The position numbers were made by a program, and so were the translations under genes. A stretch of 64,000 nucleotides of DNA, taken from assembly GCF_006345805.1 (NCBI RefSeq), contig NC_043014.1:12028001-12092000 (forward strand), read 5' to 3'. The stretch's first letter is position 1; every line of letters begins with the position of its first letter. Positions 52,154-64,000 of the stretch are shown one piece after another. The stretch comes from Octopus sinensis (Eukaryota). Below the pieces are notes generated by a model. The model searched no databases. It saw only the letters and a list, made by a program, of their open reading frames with translations, and was not told the origin of the DNA.

Positions 52154-52395
52154 ACACATACACACACACACCCTGTCTGATGATCGGTGACGTGAAATTC
52201 GAATAAATATATGTGAGATGTCAGCTGCGATAAAAATATGTGTGTGTGTCTGCATGTGTGTGTGCGTGTGTGTGTGTGTATCAGAGAGAAAGGGAGAGGT
52301 GATGATATAAAAAAAAGAGGCGGAGATAGTGCACATATGCACCTATTGGGTTATATGTGCATGATATATATACTCAATTTTAAGTGCATCTTTAA

Positions 52396-52783
52396 TCTTT
52401 TACTTGTTTCAGTCATTAGACTTCGGTCATGCTAGTGCACCGCTTCGAAGAACTTTAGTCAAACGAATCATCCCCAACTCTTTTTTTTAAGCCTGGCCAT
52501 TATTCTATCGGTCTCACAAACAAACACGCACACACACACACACCAACACACACACACACCACACAACACACACACACACATATATATAATATATATATAC
52601 ATATATATATAATATATATATATAATACGACGAGCTTCTTTCAGTTTCTGTCTACCAAATCCACTCACAAGGCTTTGGTCGGCCTGAGGCTATAGTAGAA
52701 GACACTTGCCGAAGGTGCCACGCAGTGGGACTGAACCCGGAACCATGTGGTTGGTAAGCAAGCTACTTAACACACAGCCACTC
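52396..52783 (-). mobile_element. SINE A
   Basis: Family A halves with internal tract. Confidence 0.85.
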
Positions 52784-52889
52784 ATGTGTGTCTATATATA
52801 TATGACGATTTATATGCACTAATCTCACTCTCCTTCTATGAGACCCATTTCCTCTCTTTCTTACACACACTCTCTCTCTCTATCTCTCT

Positions 52890-52926
<37 letters not shown>

Positions 52927-53163
52927 CTCTCTCTCTTTCTCTGTGACTCTTGCCATCTCATTTTCAATGACACGCTGTATTTCCCATTATTCATTGTCTT
53001 TTGAATATTAGATTACTATCTGTTTTACAATCGTTTTAGTTACGATCCTTGTTCTTCGCGCCCATGTGTGTATGTGCTTACTTGTGTGTGTCTGTGTGCT
53101 TGTGTCATATATATATATATATATATACATACACACACATACATACATACATACATACATACA

Positions 53164-53197
<34 letters not shown>

Positions 53198-53308
53198 CTG
53201 AGAGAGAGTGAGAGAGGACACATACGTTATATGGGATTGTATGCAAGTAATATGATATATGCTGCTATATAAATAAATATCAATATATATAAATGCATGT
53301 ATAAATGT

Positions 53309-53355
<47 letters not shown>

Positions 53356-53430
53356 TGTGTGTGTGTTTGAGTATTATTAATCCAGTATTTTGGAATGATA
53401 CTGATGCAATGCATTATTTCATATAATAAT

Positions 53431-54012
53431 CTTTTCTACTCTAGGCACAAGGTCCGAAATTTTTGAGGAGGGAGCTAGTCGATTACATCGACCTCAGTAC
53501 GCAACTGGTACTTAATTTATCAGCCACGAAAGGATATAAAGCAAAGCCGACCTCGGCGGAATTTGATCCCAGAACGTAAAGGCCGGCGAAATATCTATTT
53601 CCTTATTGCCCACAAGGGATTAAACGCAGAGGGAACAAACAAGGACAGACAAACGGATTAAGTCGATTATATCGAGCCCAGTGCGTAACTATTACTTATT
53701 TAATCGAGCACCAAAGGATGAAAGGCAAAGTCGACCTTGGCGGAATTTGAACTCAGAAAGTAGCGGCAGACGAAATACCTATTTCTTTACTACCCACAAA
53801 GGGCTAAACACAGAGGGGACAAACAAGGGCAGAGAAACGGATTAAGTCGATTATATCGACCCCAGTGCGTAACTGGTACTTATTTAAATGACCCCGAAAG
53901 GATGAAAGGCAAAATCGACCTAGGCGGAATTTGAACTCGGAACGTAACAGCAGACGAAATACCGCTAAGCATTTCGCCCGGCGTGCTAACGTTTCTGCCA
54001 GTTCGCCGCCTT
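53431..54012 (-). mobile_element. Trimeric SINE B (head + two tail-1 units + tail-2 unit)
   Basis: Two internal gaaataYc|tatttc junctions at ~53595 and ~53780. Confidence 0.9.
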
Positions 54013-54504
54013 ATAGATTAGATAATATTTCAACAATGATCTTCTGGTAAATTATGATGAAACAATGGTAACATTATGCAAGAAAATGCAATGATCACTT
54101 TGCTCCCTTCTTCAGTTCTTATATTTATAAATGTCTTATTTGTTGCATGTTTTACTCATTTAACTGCGGACATGCTGTGGCAGCGCCTTGAATGGTTTTA
54201 ACCGAGCAAATCGATCCAAAGACTTTTTTAAAGCCTAGTATTTATAGTATCGTTCCCTTTTGGCCGAACCGCTATTTTACGGGGACGTAAACACACCAAC
54301 ACCGGTTTTCAAGCGACAGTGGAGGACAAATACAGACACAAAGGCGCGCAGACATAAGCATACACATATAATTATATATGTATATACATATCTATATACG
54401 TTAGTGTGTATGTGTGTGTGGCTGTATATATAGTTATACATCAATATGTGTGTGTGTGTGTGTGTTGTGTGTGTGTGTGTATGTGTGTGTGTGTGTATGT
54501 GTGT

Positions 54505-55779
54505 GTTAATTCATCCCATAAATAATGCCTCTTTTTTCAATTGCAGGAACTAAAAGTCTGAGGGGGACGGGATAAATTACTGCATCAACCTGCTATAAAA
54601 GCAGGTAGTAATTTTACCTTGTGCTTATTCTTAGTGCAAGTTTTGAAGAGTGCAGTTTGATTGTAGCAATTATATTTAAAAGCTATAATGGAAGTGACAA
54701 AGGAGCATATTCGGCATATTTTGCTTTATAAGTTCAATAATGGTAACAGCACAACAGAAAGTGCGAGGAATATTAATGCAGTATATGGGGATCGGACAAT
54801 AAGCGTAAGCCAGTGTTAATGGTGGTTCCAGAAATTCCGAACCGGAAACTACAGCCTAGAAGACGATCCTCGTCCTGGAAGATCTGTAGAGTTTGATGAG
54901 GACGCACTACGACCATAGTGGAACAAAATCCCATCGTAACTGTTGAGGAACTAGCAGAGAAGCTTGGATTTGGTCATTCAACCATTCATTGACACCTGCG
55001 TGCCACCGGTAAGTCAACAGATTGGGGCAATAGGTTCCTCACAAACTTTCCGTGTCTAATAGCGCGCAGCGAGTGAATGTTTTCTCTTCTTTCCTGTCAC
55101 GTCTCACGAATGAACCTTTTTTCAACCGAATAGTGATTGGTGACGAGAAATGGGTCCTCTATAAAAATGTCAAGCGCTGAAGTAGGGAAACGAGAAACAC
55201 CGGCACTCCAGGCTAAAGAAAGTCTTAACCCACGTAAGGTGTTGTTATCTGTTTGGTGGTATATGAAAGGTTTAGTCTACCTTGAACATTTAAACCTAAC
55301 CCAAACGATAACAAAGGAGATCTACTCCGAGCAGCTTGAGCGGTTCAAGACAGTGCTGGAAGAAAAACGACCGACTTTGGTTTCAAGACGAAAGGTGTTC
55401 TTCCATCAGGATAATGCTCGACCACATACAGCGAGGATGAAATTCCAAGGGCTGGAGCAGTTTGAATGGGAAACGATATCCCACCCACCATATTCGCCGG
55501 ACATTGCCCCATCTAATTATCATTTATCCCACAGTCTTCAAAATCACTGGAACGGAAAAAATATGAATTCTGTAGACGCGGTCAGAACAGTAGTGGAAGA
55601 GTACTTTTCGTCATGGACAAGTGAATTTTGGAAGATAGGCCTAGCAAGTCTACTAGATAGATGGAAGAGCATTGTAGAAAATGAAGGGGAGTATATTTTA
55701 GATTAAAAATGAACTTTATCTTTAATTTGAAAAATAAAAGAAGTATAAAAAACTGCATTATTTATGGGATGATCCAATA
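54505..55779 (+). mobile_element. Near full-length decayed mariner
   Basis: TIR tcatcccataaataatgc / gcattatttatgggatga; ATG 54688 MEVTKEHIRHILLY; GDEKWV, HQDNARPH, PYSPDIAPSN; stops and frameshifts. Confidence 0.9.
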
Positions 55780-55880
55780 TATATAGTGTACTGTTCCGGG
55801 ATGGTAAGATCACCAAAAAAGTATTCCATCTAGTGAAAGATAAATATTATTCATTAAACACAATACATGTTTTAATGTGC

Positions 55881-56018
55881 TACTATTAGTTTCCTATACT
55901 CGGATCATGCCAAACATTGTTTTTTTATAACACGTCTGACACCTAATGACTGTGCCGAAATGTCAGACATGTTATAAAATAATATTTGGCATGTTCTCAG
56001 TACATGAAGCTAATAGTA
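55881..56018. mobile_element. Small fold-back element, ~60-bp arms, 19-nt loop
   Basis: tactattag...ttataacacgtctgaca vs tgtcagacatgttataa...ctaatagta. Confidence 0.7.
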
Positions 56019-56746
56019 AGACATAAAAATTGTATATGTGTACCATTTATTAAATGGTACACATATACACATATATATGTATAGATATGGTGGCTGTCAG
56101 TGACTCGTAAACCAGTATGACCAACAATGCCAAATTATTTCTTAATATTAATATTCCTGTTAGTGTAATTGCCACACAGTTTAAGTAGTAATTCGGATCA
56201 CTTGTTTGGATATTATGTACTCTAAGGATTAGATATACAGCTAAAATGAACCTAAGATCCACTGAAAATCATTCGTAAGATTAATATTTGGCAAATTTTC
56301 ATACGTATGAGAGAGAAGAATTAAGTTCAGTCATGAAAAAGTAACATATTTCGGGAAATCCCCGCGAGATTTGGTTAAATATTTGCTAACATGCAAGGAA
56401 ATTACTTTAACAGCAACTAAAACCTCTTTGAAATTTCTATCGCAGTTTCTATTTTAGTTGTGATTACCAACCCTTCCCGCTATCCACTGCTTTGTTCTTT
56501 TTTATACATTCATACATAGAGACATACATACATGTATTTGTTTATTTATTTATATATTTATTCATTGACTAGGTAGAATGCCACGTTGTATACATTGTAC
56601 AACAGCGTTTAGCTGTGTCTCACATGGAAATGAGTCAAAATTCTGTCGTCATTGACTTTGCTTTGCTTTCATCAAATTTAATGTTTGGATTCCGTAATGT
56701 AAAACGAAAGCATACATATTACTGTACACATATGTTCATATACATA

Positions 56747-56939
56747 TGCACGGCTGCTGAAAAGTTCCTGGTTTTAAGGATATTGTGAAGGGCCTGGTTG
56801 ATGGCCCAACGTCTAGAGTTCTTTTACAGCGTTTAGGAAAACTGAGGGACCACTGCAATCTGAATAAAATCATAATTAACTGATCTTTCTGTATTTTCTT
56901 TTACTCAAAACCAGGAACTTTTCAGCATCCCCTCATGTA
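56747..56939. mobile_element. Mariner-type MITE, same family as 22677-23284
   Basis: gctgaaaagttcctggtttt / aaaaccaggaacttttcagc. Confidence 0.65.
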
Positions 56940-57416
56940 TATGTGTGTGTGTGTGTATGTCAGTGTTTGTATGCGCACATGAGTGTGTGTGTATGTATGT
57001 GTGTGTGAGTATATATGTGACCCTAAGCCTTTATTCTGGTTTATTATATTGTGCCTCGTCCGTCAACTAACGGTCTCATCTCGAGCCCGTCTCGTTTTGT
57101 TATGATTTAGTCCCATTCCCGGCAAGTTCTTTGCTGGTGCCTTCAGAGTGGAAGCAATATTATCGATAATGGCCGAAATTGCGCTCGACCTTCTGGCCGA
57201 TAACTAAAAAGGAGTTAGTGACCTTCTGTGTTTTCCGTTGTTCGTCTACGTATTAATACATAGTTTGTATGTTTTTTTACTACACGTTTTCTTATATTAT
57301 ATATAGATATATATATATATATATATAATATATCTATATATATATTTATATTATATATATATATATATATATATAATATACTATATATTTACACACACAC
57401 ACAACATATAATGTAT

Positions 57417-57448
<32 letters not shown>

Positions 57449-57627
57449 TAATATAGTTAAAAAGTTATATAAAGTTGGAAAAGGCACGGAAACATATTTT
57501 AGAGAATGTTTAATAAAACATTACAGTTCCGTTGTATTCATCTTATATGATACACACACACATACACACGCACACACATATATATATATGTATGTATACA
57601 TATGTATTATATATATATATATATATG

Positions 57628-57666
<39 letters not shown>

Positions 57667-57758
57667 TACATCCATATATATCATATATATATAATACATA
57701 TGTATACATACATATATATATGTGTGTGTGCGTGTGTATGTGCGTGTGTATCATATAT

Positions 57759-57794
<36 letters not shown>

Positions 57795-57810
57795 ATATAT
57801 ATATTATATA

Positions 57811-57972
57811 GGCGCAGGAGTGGCTGTGTGGTAAGTAGCTTGCTAACCAACCACATGGTTCTGGGTTCAGTCCCACTGCGTGGCATCTTGGGCAAGTGTC
57901 TTCTGCTATAGCCCCGGGCCGACCATGCCTTGTGAGTGGATTGGTAGACGGAAACTGAAGAAGCCTATCGTA

Positions 57973-58025
<53 letters not shown>

Positions 58026-58230
58026 TTGTGTTGTGTCTGTGTTTGTTCCCCTAGCATTGCTTGACAACCGATGCTGGTGTGTGTTACGTCCCCGTCACTT
58101 AACGGTTCGGCAAAAAGAGACCGATAGAATAAGTACTGGGCTTACAAAGAATAAGTCCCGGGGTCGATTTGCTCGACTAACGGCGGTGCTCCAGCATGGC
58201 CGCAGTCAAATGGCTGAAACAAGTAAAAGA
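57811..58230 (+). mobile_element. SINE A, full length
   Basis: Family A consensus. Confidence 0.9.
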
Positions 58231-59343
58231 AAATATATATATAGTAATATATATTATATATATATATATATATATAATACATGATATATCATATACATAT
58301 ACAAATGTGAGACACGGAAAATGGAATATAGAAGAAACTTTTTCTCTCAACGATCGTTCGACTCATCCTGCATCGATCCCTTACGGGTGGGATACAGTAC
58401 ATCTGGTTGTGGTGCATCCCTCGGAGCAGAAGCATCTCGTCAGATGCCTTTACAAGGTGTATCTCGTTAAATAAACCCTGTTTCGCACAGACACACACAC
58501 ATCCCGCCACAACACACATATGTATATAGTTATATATATATAGTTATGTATACAAAAGATATACATATGTACGGAATGGTTCGTGAGTGAGCTGGTACTT
58601 ATATGTATCTGGAAAACCGTGATAGACAATTTACATTGACCATATTGAATATAAAAGGTAAAAGAACAAGGGAATGAGGGAGGAAGAAAATAGAAACTGA
58701 AAGTAATGATGAGAAAGAAAGAAAAAAGTAAGAAAGAAAGGAGGAAAGAAAAAAGAAAGAAAGAATAAGACCTTGTGTAGGTATTTCTTATTCGCTACTT
58801 GTAAAACGCTGGCAGGCCGTCTAGCAGACTTTGTCCACACTTGCGTCTATCATCATACGTGTTTAACCAAAGTTATTTTAGTTATTCCCAGCTGTCTGAC
58901 TTCTGATGGTATTGCTTGTTAAGGTTGTTGTTGTTGTTCTTCTTCTTCTTCTTCTTGTTTAGCACCAGGTCGGCTGTGAGCGTGTAGACTATGATCAAAT
59001 TGCAATGAAGTTATATATGTATGTTGTAAAACCGTATCAAGTCATTTTTCGCAAATATATAGCAGACGAGGTGTCCGGTACTGAAGAGAGGTAGAAATAG
59101 CCTGTAACACAGGCTTGTGTGCTGGCCCCGTCGCTTGAAGGTGGTAGGGGTTAGCTCCCCTGCTCCTAATATATCGGAGGTAGCTGTGCATCGCGAACCA
59201 GCTAGAGGAGATATCCTCTTAGAGATTAAAAATCGCGGTAAAGACCGTTCGAACGGACAGTTATGATGAAGTAGATATGAACATTACTTCTAAGTACAAC
59301 TACTGCGTTGATCTCTTAGAGAGATTTTAAACTAGCATTCTTG

Positions 59344-59378
<35 letters not shown>

Positions 59379-59409
59379 GTAATATGTGACATTTATATTT
59401 GGTAGCCAT

Positions 59410-59470
59410 GATAAAACTCCGAGTTTCGGATGTCGGGATGGAAATCCATGCCGGCATCTCTTCAGTTATC
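59410..59470 (-). ncRNA. Type I hammerhead ribozyme
   Basis: Minus strand: GATAA-CTGAAGA-gatgccggcatgg attt ccatcccgacatcc-GAAAC tcgga GTT-TTATC; 5-bp stem I; GUU triplet. Confidence 0.8.
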
Positions 59471-59608
59471 CGGCCATCGGAAAAATGCTATGAAAAATGA
59501 CCGCTAAACAAAGGGAAATTACTGCGTGATTGACCGTTATTAAGACGAAAGAGCTAAGTGAGGGGATGGAGTAAAAGTAAGGGGGTAAAAATGTTCATAG
59601 TATTCGAG

Positions 59609-59657
59609 TATTCGGTAGCCATGATAAAACTCGGAGTGTTATCATGGCTACCGAATA
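59609..59657. repeat. 49-bp palindrome centred on a copy of the HHR stem III sequence
   Basis: tattcggtagccatgataa-aactcggagtg-ttatcatggctaccgaata. Confidence 0.9.
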
Positions 59658-59753
59658 GTTGTCACGTTTACAGATAAATTCCTCTATTTACATAATATCG
59701 AGTGTCTTCTTCATTCTGTTGTTGTCTTGTCATTTCTATCAATATATAAAGTA

Positions 59754-60044
59754 CTAGCAGTATCGCCCGGCGTTGCTCGGGTTTGTAAGGGAAATAACTA
59801 TATAAGCATTGTTAGAGAGTTACTTCCCTTATATAATAGCAAAAAAATGCATTAAAAATGGGAAAAAATTATGGTAAATTTTTTTTTTAATCGTAGACGC
59901 GCGCTAATACCAAGAAGGGCTCGATATGAATCACGACTATAAGATACCCGGTTTTGGGTAAACTGCACCGCAAAATGTGGGAGTAGTTAGGAATCTAAAT
60001 CGTAGGAGACAGACACTCACACAACTTCACTTTTATATATAAAG
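59754..60044 (-). mobile_element. Non-autonomous Helitron-like element
   Basis: Same family as 10705-11099; hairpin plus CTAG end. Confidence 0.75.
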
Positions 60045-60545
60045 TATATAAGTGGGGATAAGTAGTATAAGATATGAATTCAGGGAATCACATCGCTATC
60101 ACAGCAAGCTCTTCTTAATGGACTCGGCTATGTAATGTCATGTTTTCCTGTAACTGAAAATCTAGAAATACCATGCGATGAAGTTATTCAGCGAGGAGCA
60201 TAGAAAGAATAATGTGAGAAGGTATGAGAAATGAATATAGATTTATTTAACCATAGGGTGACTTCCATAGGGTTACGGTCGTTCTGCAGCCCTAATCTTG
60301 ATCATCAGATCATAAGAACATCGCTGATCTGGTGAGCTAACTTTCTTTATTTGCAGTAGAGTGTTGGCGGTGGAGGGAACCGAAGCATACACGCGACAAC
60401 AACAACACAAATATAATGAATAAATAAATAAATAACAAGTTACTAAATAAAAGATGTAATCGACATAACCTCTACCCCAGCAAATTCGGGGAGGGCATAA
60501 GTCAATTCTAACGATTCTGCCATGTCGAATAATAATAATAACAAT

Positions 60546-60943
60546 CTTTTTTACTATAGGCACAAGGCCTGAAATTTGGTGGGGTGGGGTTAAGTCGACT
60601 ACATCAACCTCAGTGTTTCAATAGTACTTATTTTATCAATCCCGAAAGATGAAAGGCAAAGTCGACCTCTGCGAAATTTGAACTCAAAAGGTAAAGACAG
60701 ACGAAATACCTATTTCTTTACTACCCACAAGGAGCTAAACACAGAGAGGACAAACAAGGACAGACAAACGGATTAAGTCGATTATATCGACCCCAGTGCG
60801 TAACTGGTACTTACTTAATCGACCCCGAAAGGATGAAAGGCAAAGTCGACCTCGGTGGAATTTGAACTCAGAACGTAACGGCAGACGAAATACCGCTAAG
60901 CATTTTGCCCGGCGTGCTAACGATTCTGCCAGTTCGCTGCCTT
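60546..60943 (-). mobile_element. Dimeric SINE B (a further B copy lies at ~61005-61185)
   Basis: gaaatacc|tatttcttt junction; flanked by aataataacaat on both sides, low complexity. Confidence 0.9.
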
Positions 60944-60952
60944 AATAATAAC

Positions 60953-61007
<55 letters not shown>

Positions 61008-61189
61008 GTTTCAAATTTTGCCGCAAGGGTAGTTATTTTGGGGGAGGGGATGAGCCGATTACATAGACCCCAGTGTTTTACTGGTACTTATTCTGATTGA
61101 CCCCGAAAGAATGAAAGGCAAGGTTGAGCTCTGAGGAATTTCAACTCAGAACGTAGTGATGGGTGAAATACCGCTAAGCATTTCGTCTC

Positions 61190-61246
<57 letters not shown>

Positions 61247-61250
61247 AACA

Positions 61251-61296
<46 letters not shown>

Positions 61297-61297
<1 letters not shown>

Positions 61298-62837
61298 TCA
61301 TGGAAGTAACCATGAAAAGAGGAAAACTAGTTAAAAGTAACAACATCACACTAGATAAAACCAATGAAATAAAAGAATTAGACCAAAGCCAAACTTACAA
61401 ATACTTAGGAATCCATGAACTAGATAAGACACAACACACACAAATGAAAGAGAAAATAAAAAAAGAATATTATAGACGAGTTAGATCAATACTAAAAACA
61501 GAGCTCAATGCTAAAAACAAGATAATAGGTATCAAACTTTAGCTGTCCCAGTTATAAGTTACAGCTACAATATCCTTAACTGGACTCGAATGAACTGTCC
61601 ACCAAAATAGATAGGAAAACAAAAAAATACTGACAGGATCTAGGATGCATCACCCAAAATCTGAATAGAAAGACTATATATACAACGTATAGAAAGTGGT
61701 AGAGGCCTTATACAGCTGGAAAACTACTATAAAATAACCACCATAAGACTGCAAAAATACCTACTTCAGAAGAAGGAAAAACTGATCCAGATAGCAGCAA
61801 AACACGAGCAAAACAAAAAACTGTTCTCAGTATTTAAGGAAGCTGACAAATACAAACAAGAAATCATACACCTATAAAAACACGAAGAAGAAGAAGATGA
61901 TGAAGGAAACAAAAAAGCTATAAAACAAATGAAATCCAAACTAAAAATAGAACAGCAACGAACCATGATAAAACGATGGCAGAAAAGCCCCTTCATGGTA
62001 AATACTGCACTAAACTAAACGCAAAAGAAATAGACAAAGAAAGATCCCAGCAATGGTTGAGAAGCTCAGGACTCAAAGCAGAAACAGAGGGATTTTTAAT
62101 TGCAGCACAAGACCAAAGCCTCCCCACCAGAAATTACCAAAAACATGTAATGAAAAGAAATATTACAAGTAACTGCAGAATATGGAGATGGACAAGAAAC
62201 AATAAATCATATTATCTCTAGCTGCCCAGTCCTGGCTAAGAAGGAATATATTCACAGACATGACAGAGTTGGAACCTACATACACTGGAACTATGCCAAC
62301 ATTATGGAATAACAACAGAAAAAAGATGGTATAGGCACACACCAGAAAAGGTACAGAAAACGAGAAAGCAACCATACTCTGGGATATGCCGATACACACA
62401 GATAGAGAAATTAAGGCCAACAGACCAGATATAGTTGTCAGAGATCACGAAGAAAAAAAATGCTTTCTAATTGATGTATCAATACCGCAGATGACAACGT
62501 GTCTCTAAAAGAAATGGAGAAACTCTCAAAAAATACAAAGACCTGGAAATAGAGGTAACTAGAATGTGGAATCTGAAAACAGAAACAATTCCTATCATAG
62601 TAGGTGCATTAGGCATGATAAAAAAATATTCAGACAAGTACATAACAAAACCACCAGGACTTACAAACACATATATCATACAGAAAATTGCACTACTAGG
62701 CACTGCACACATCCTACGCAGAGCACTTTCCATACAATAACCATCAGAGCATCACAACAAATCACAGCATATACCCAAGGCACACAGAGCTGCGCTCGGT
62801 AGTGAAGTGAAAGCACGCTATAAAAATAAAACTACTG
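61297..62837 (+). mobile_element. 5'-truncated R4/Dong-clade non-LTR retrotransposon in (TAA)n
   Basis: YKYLGI, KKEYYRRVRSILKTELN, ETEGFLIAAQDQSL, CRI...ETINHIISSC zinc finger, RPDIVV/LIDVSIP restriction-like endonuclease; frameshifted; (TAA)n on both sides. Confidence 0.9.
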
Positions 62838-62882
62838 AATAATAATAATAATAATAATAACTATAATAATATTAATGATAAT

Positions 62883-63413
62883 AAATGCTCTCATGCAGTA
62901 CCAGGCAACAGCTCTCATGGCTTCTGATCTTAACTGATTCTGTTATCATGTACATTGTTTTGTCTTGGTATAAAAGATGGGCTGCAGCAAATATTCTGCT
63001 CAATACCACAGATTTGCTTGTCAGTTGTTTGACCTTAACCAGTTGGCCATGTCCCTTGGTGGCTGACGATATGTGTATCTCTGACTACGAGCAGAAGTAG
63101 TGGGGGAGCATCATAGCCATTTGTTGAAAGGAATTCTTAGAGGTTTTGATAATTCACATTTGGGTGTTTCGTTCAACATCCTTAAACAATCCTTTTGAGC
63201 GGGATGGGCTACTCGACCAGAAGAAAATTCTAACTGGGCCCCACCTGCAAGTTCATGTGCTGTTTATCTTGATATGAGATCACCATGTTGCGCACATATG
63301 GTTGTGATGCATTTGCCTAGTGTACCCTTATCAGACGGGTAGTCATGATGGGTATATTGGGCTTCGTATATTTTACCAGTGTCACTTTGATGGCATGTAC
63401 TGTTCTCTCACTC
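62883..63413 (-). mobile_element. Non-coding ~530-bp element embedded in (TAA)n, possibly a non-autonomous Dong-type partner
   Basis: Bounded by (TAA)n on both sides; its start gagtgagagaRcagtRcatgcc recurs at ~63700-63722 inside (ATT)n. Confidence 0.55.
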
Positions 63414-63414
63414 A

Positions 63415-63434
63415 ATAATAATAATAATAATAAT

Positions 63435-63490
<56 letters not shown>

Positions 63491-63600
63491 AAACAACAAC
63501 AACAACAACAACAACAATAATTAATAATAATAAATAATAATAATATTGTTATAGTTCAGAATGGTCATTTTGCCAGTTTAGCCAATAAAAACACACGCAC

Positions 63601-63660
<60 letters not shown>

Positions 63661-63781
63661 AATTATTATTATTATATTATTATTATTATTATTTATTATT
63701 GAGTGAGAGAGCAGTGCATGCCTATTATTATTATTATTATTACTATTATTATTACTATTATTATTACTATTATTATTACTA

Positions 63782-63816
<35 letters not shown>

Positions 63817-63854
63817 ATATTATTATTAATTATTATTAATTATTATTATTATTA

Positions 63855-63890
<36 letters not shown>

Positions 63891-63930
63891 TATTATTATT
63901 ATTATTAATTTTAGTTTTTTATTATTATTA

Positions 63931-63965
<35 letters not shown>

Positions 63966-63991
63966 TATTATTATTATTATTATTATTATTA
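63415..63991. repeat. (AAT)n/(AAC)n/(ATT)n tracts
   Basis: Read directly from the sequence. Confidence 0.95.
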
Positions 63992-64000
63992 TGTGTTTGT

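Noticed and set aside
52155-52210. ctgatga-tcggtgacgt-gaaat tcga ata
   Set aside because: No credible stem I or stem II; likely coincidence
55935-55970. ctaatga-ctgtgcc-gaaatgtc in the hairpin loop
   Set aside because: G5 is absent, there is no stem II, and the flanking pairing is explained by the inverted repeat
57150-57260. pLTR-like unit with gccgaaattgcgctc
   Set aside because: No upstream CUGANGA or paired stems found
58344-58448. Minus-strand CTGACGA...gagtc-GAAC gatc GTT
   Set aside because: GAAA lacks one A and stem I does not pair; at best a dead relic
63330-63413. Possible HDV-like ribozyme at the start of the (TAA)n-embedded element
   Set aside because: The nested double pseudoknot could not be built; the visible pairing (actggg/cccagt-type) is a simple hairpin

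Overview
This is AT-rich, microsatellite-saturated animal genomic DNA. The SINE, Helitron and mariner repertoire looks like an octopus/cephalopod genome, an inference from recalled repeat sequences and not from a database search. I found no convincing host exon: nearly all listed ORFs are microsatellite translations or transposon relics. Relics include two abundant tRNA-head SINE families (called A and B here), mariner/Tc1 elements and MITEs, Helitrons, R4/Dong, Tx1/L1, RTE and CR1/L2 LINEs, and two Penelope GIY-YIG fragments. There is one 100-N gap. The main hidden signal is a dispersed set of type I hammerhead ribozyme (HHR) motifs: five well formed, four variant or split, and several decayed. 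They lie in short, sequence-diverse Penelope pLTR-like or retrozyme-like units that often abut (TA)n tracts and carry inverted duplications. One has a 213-bp direct-repeat spacing and an inversion centred on its stem III palindrome. HHRs in Penelope-like elements are established; their density, diversity and arrangement here are what merit testing. Secondary signals: SINE B moves as TSD-flanked dimers, its 3' tail matches the 3' end of a Tx1-like LINE in the window (34/42 nt), fold-back elements cluster at 0.5-2.5 kb, and three short duplications are spaced about 1.4-1.5 kb apart. All folding was done by eye and no ribozyme activity is demonstrated.
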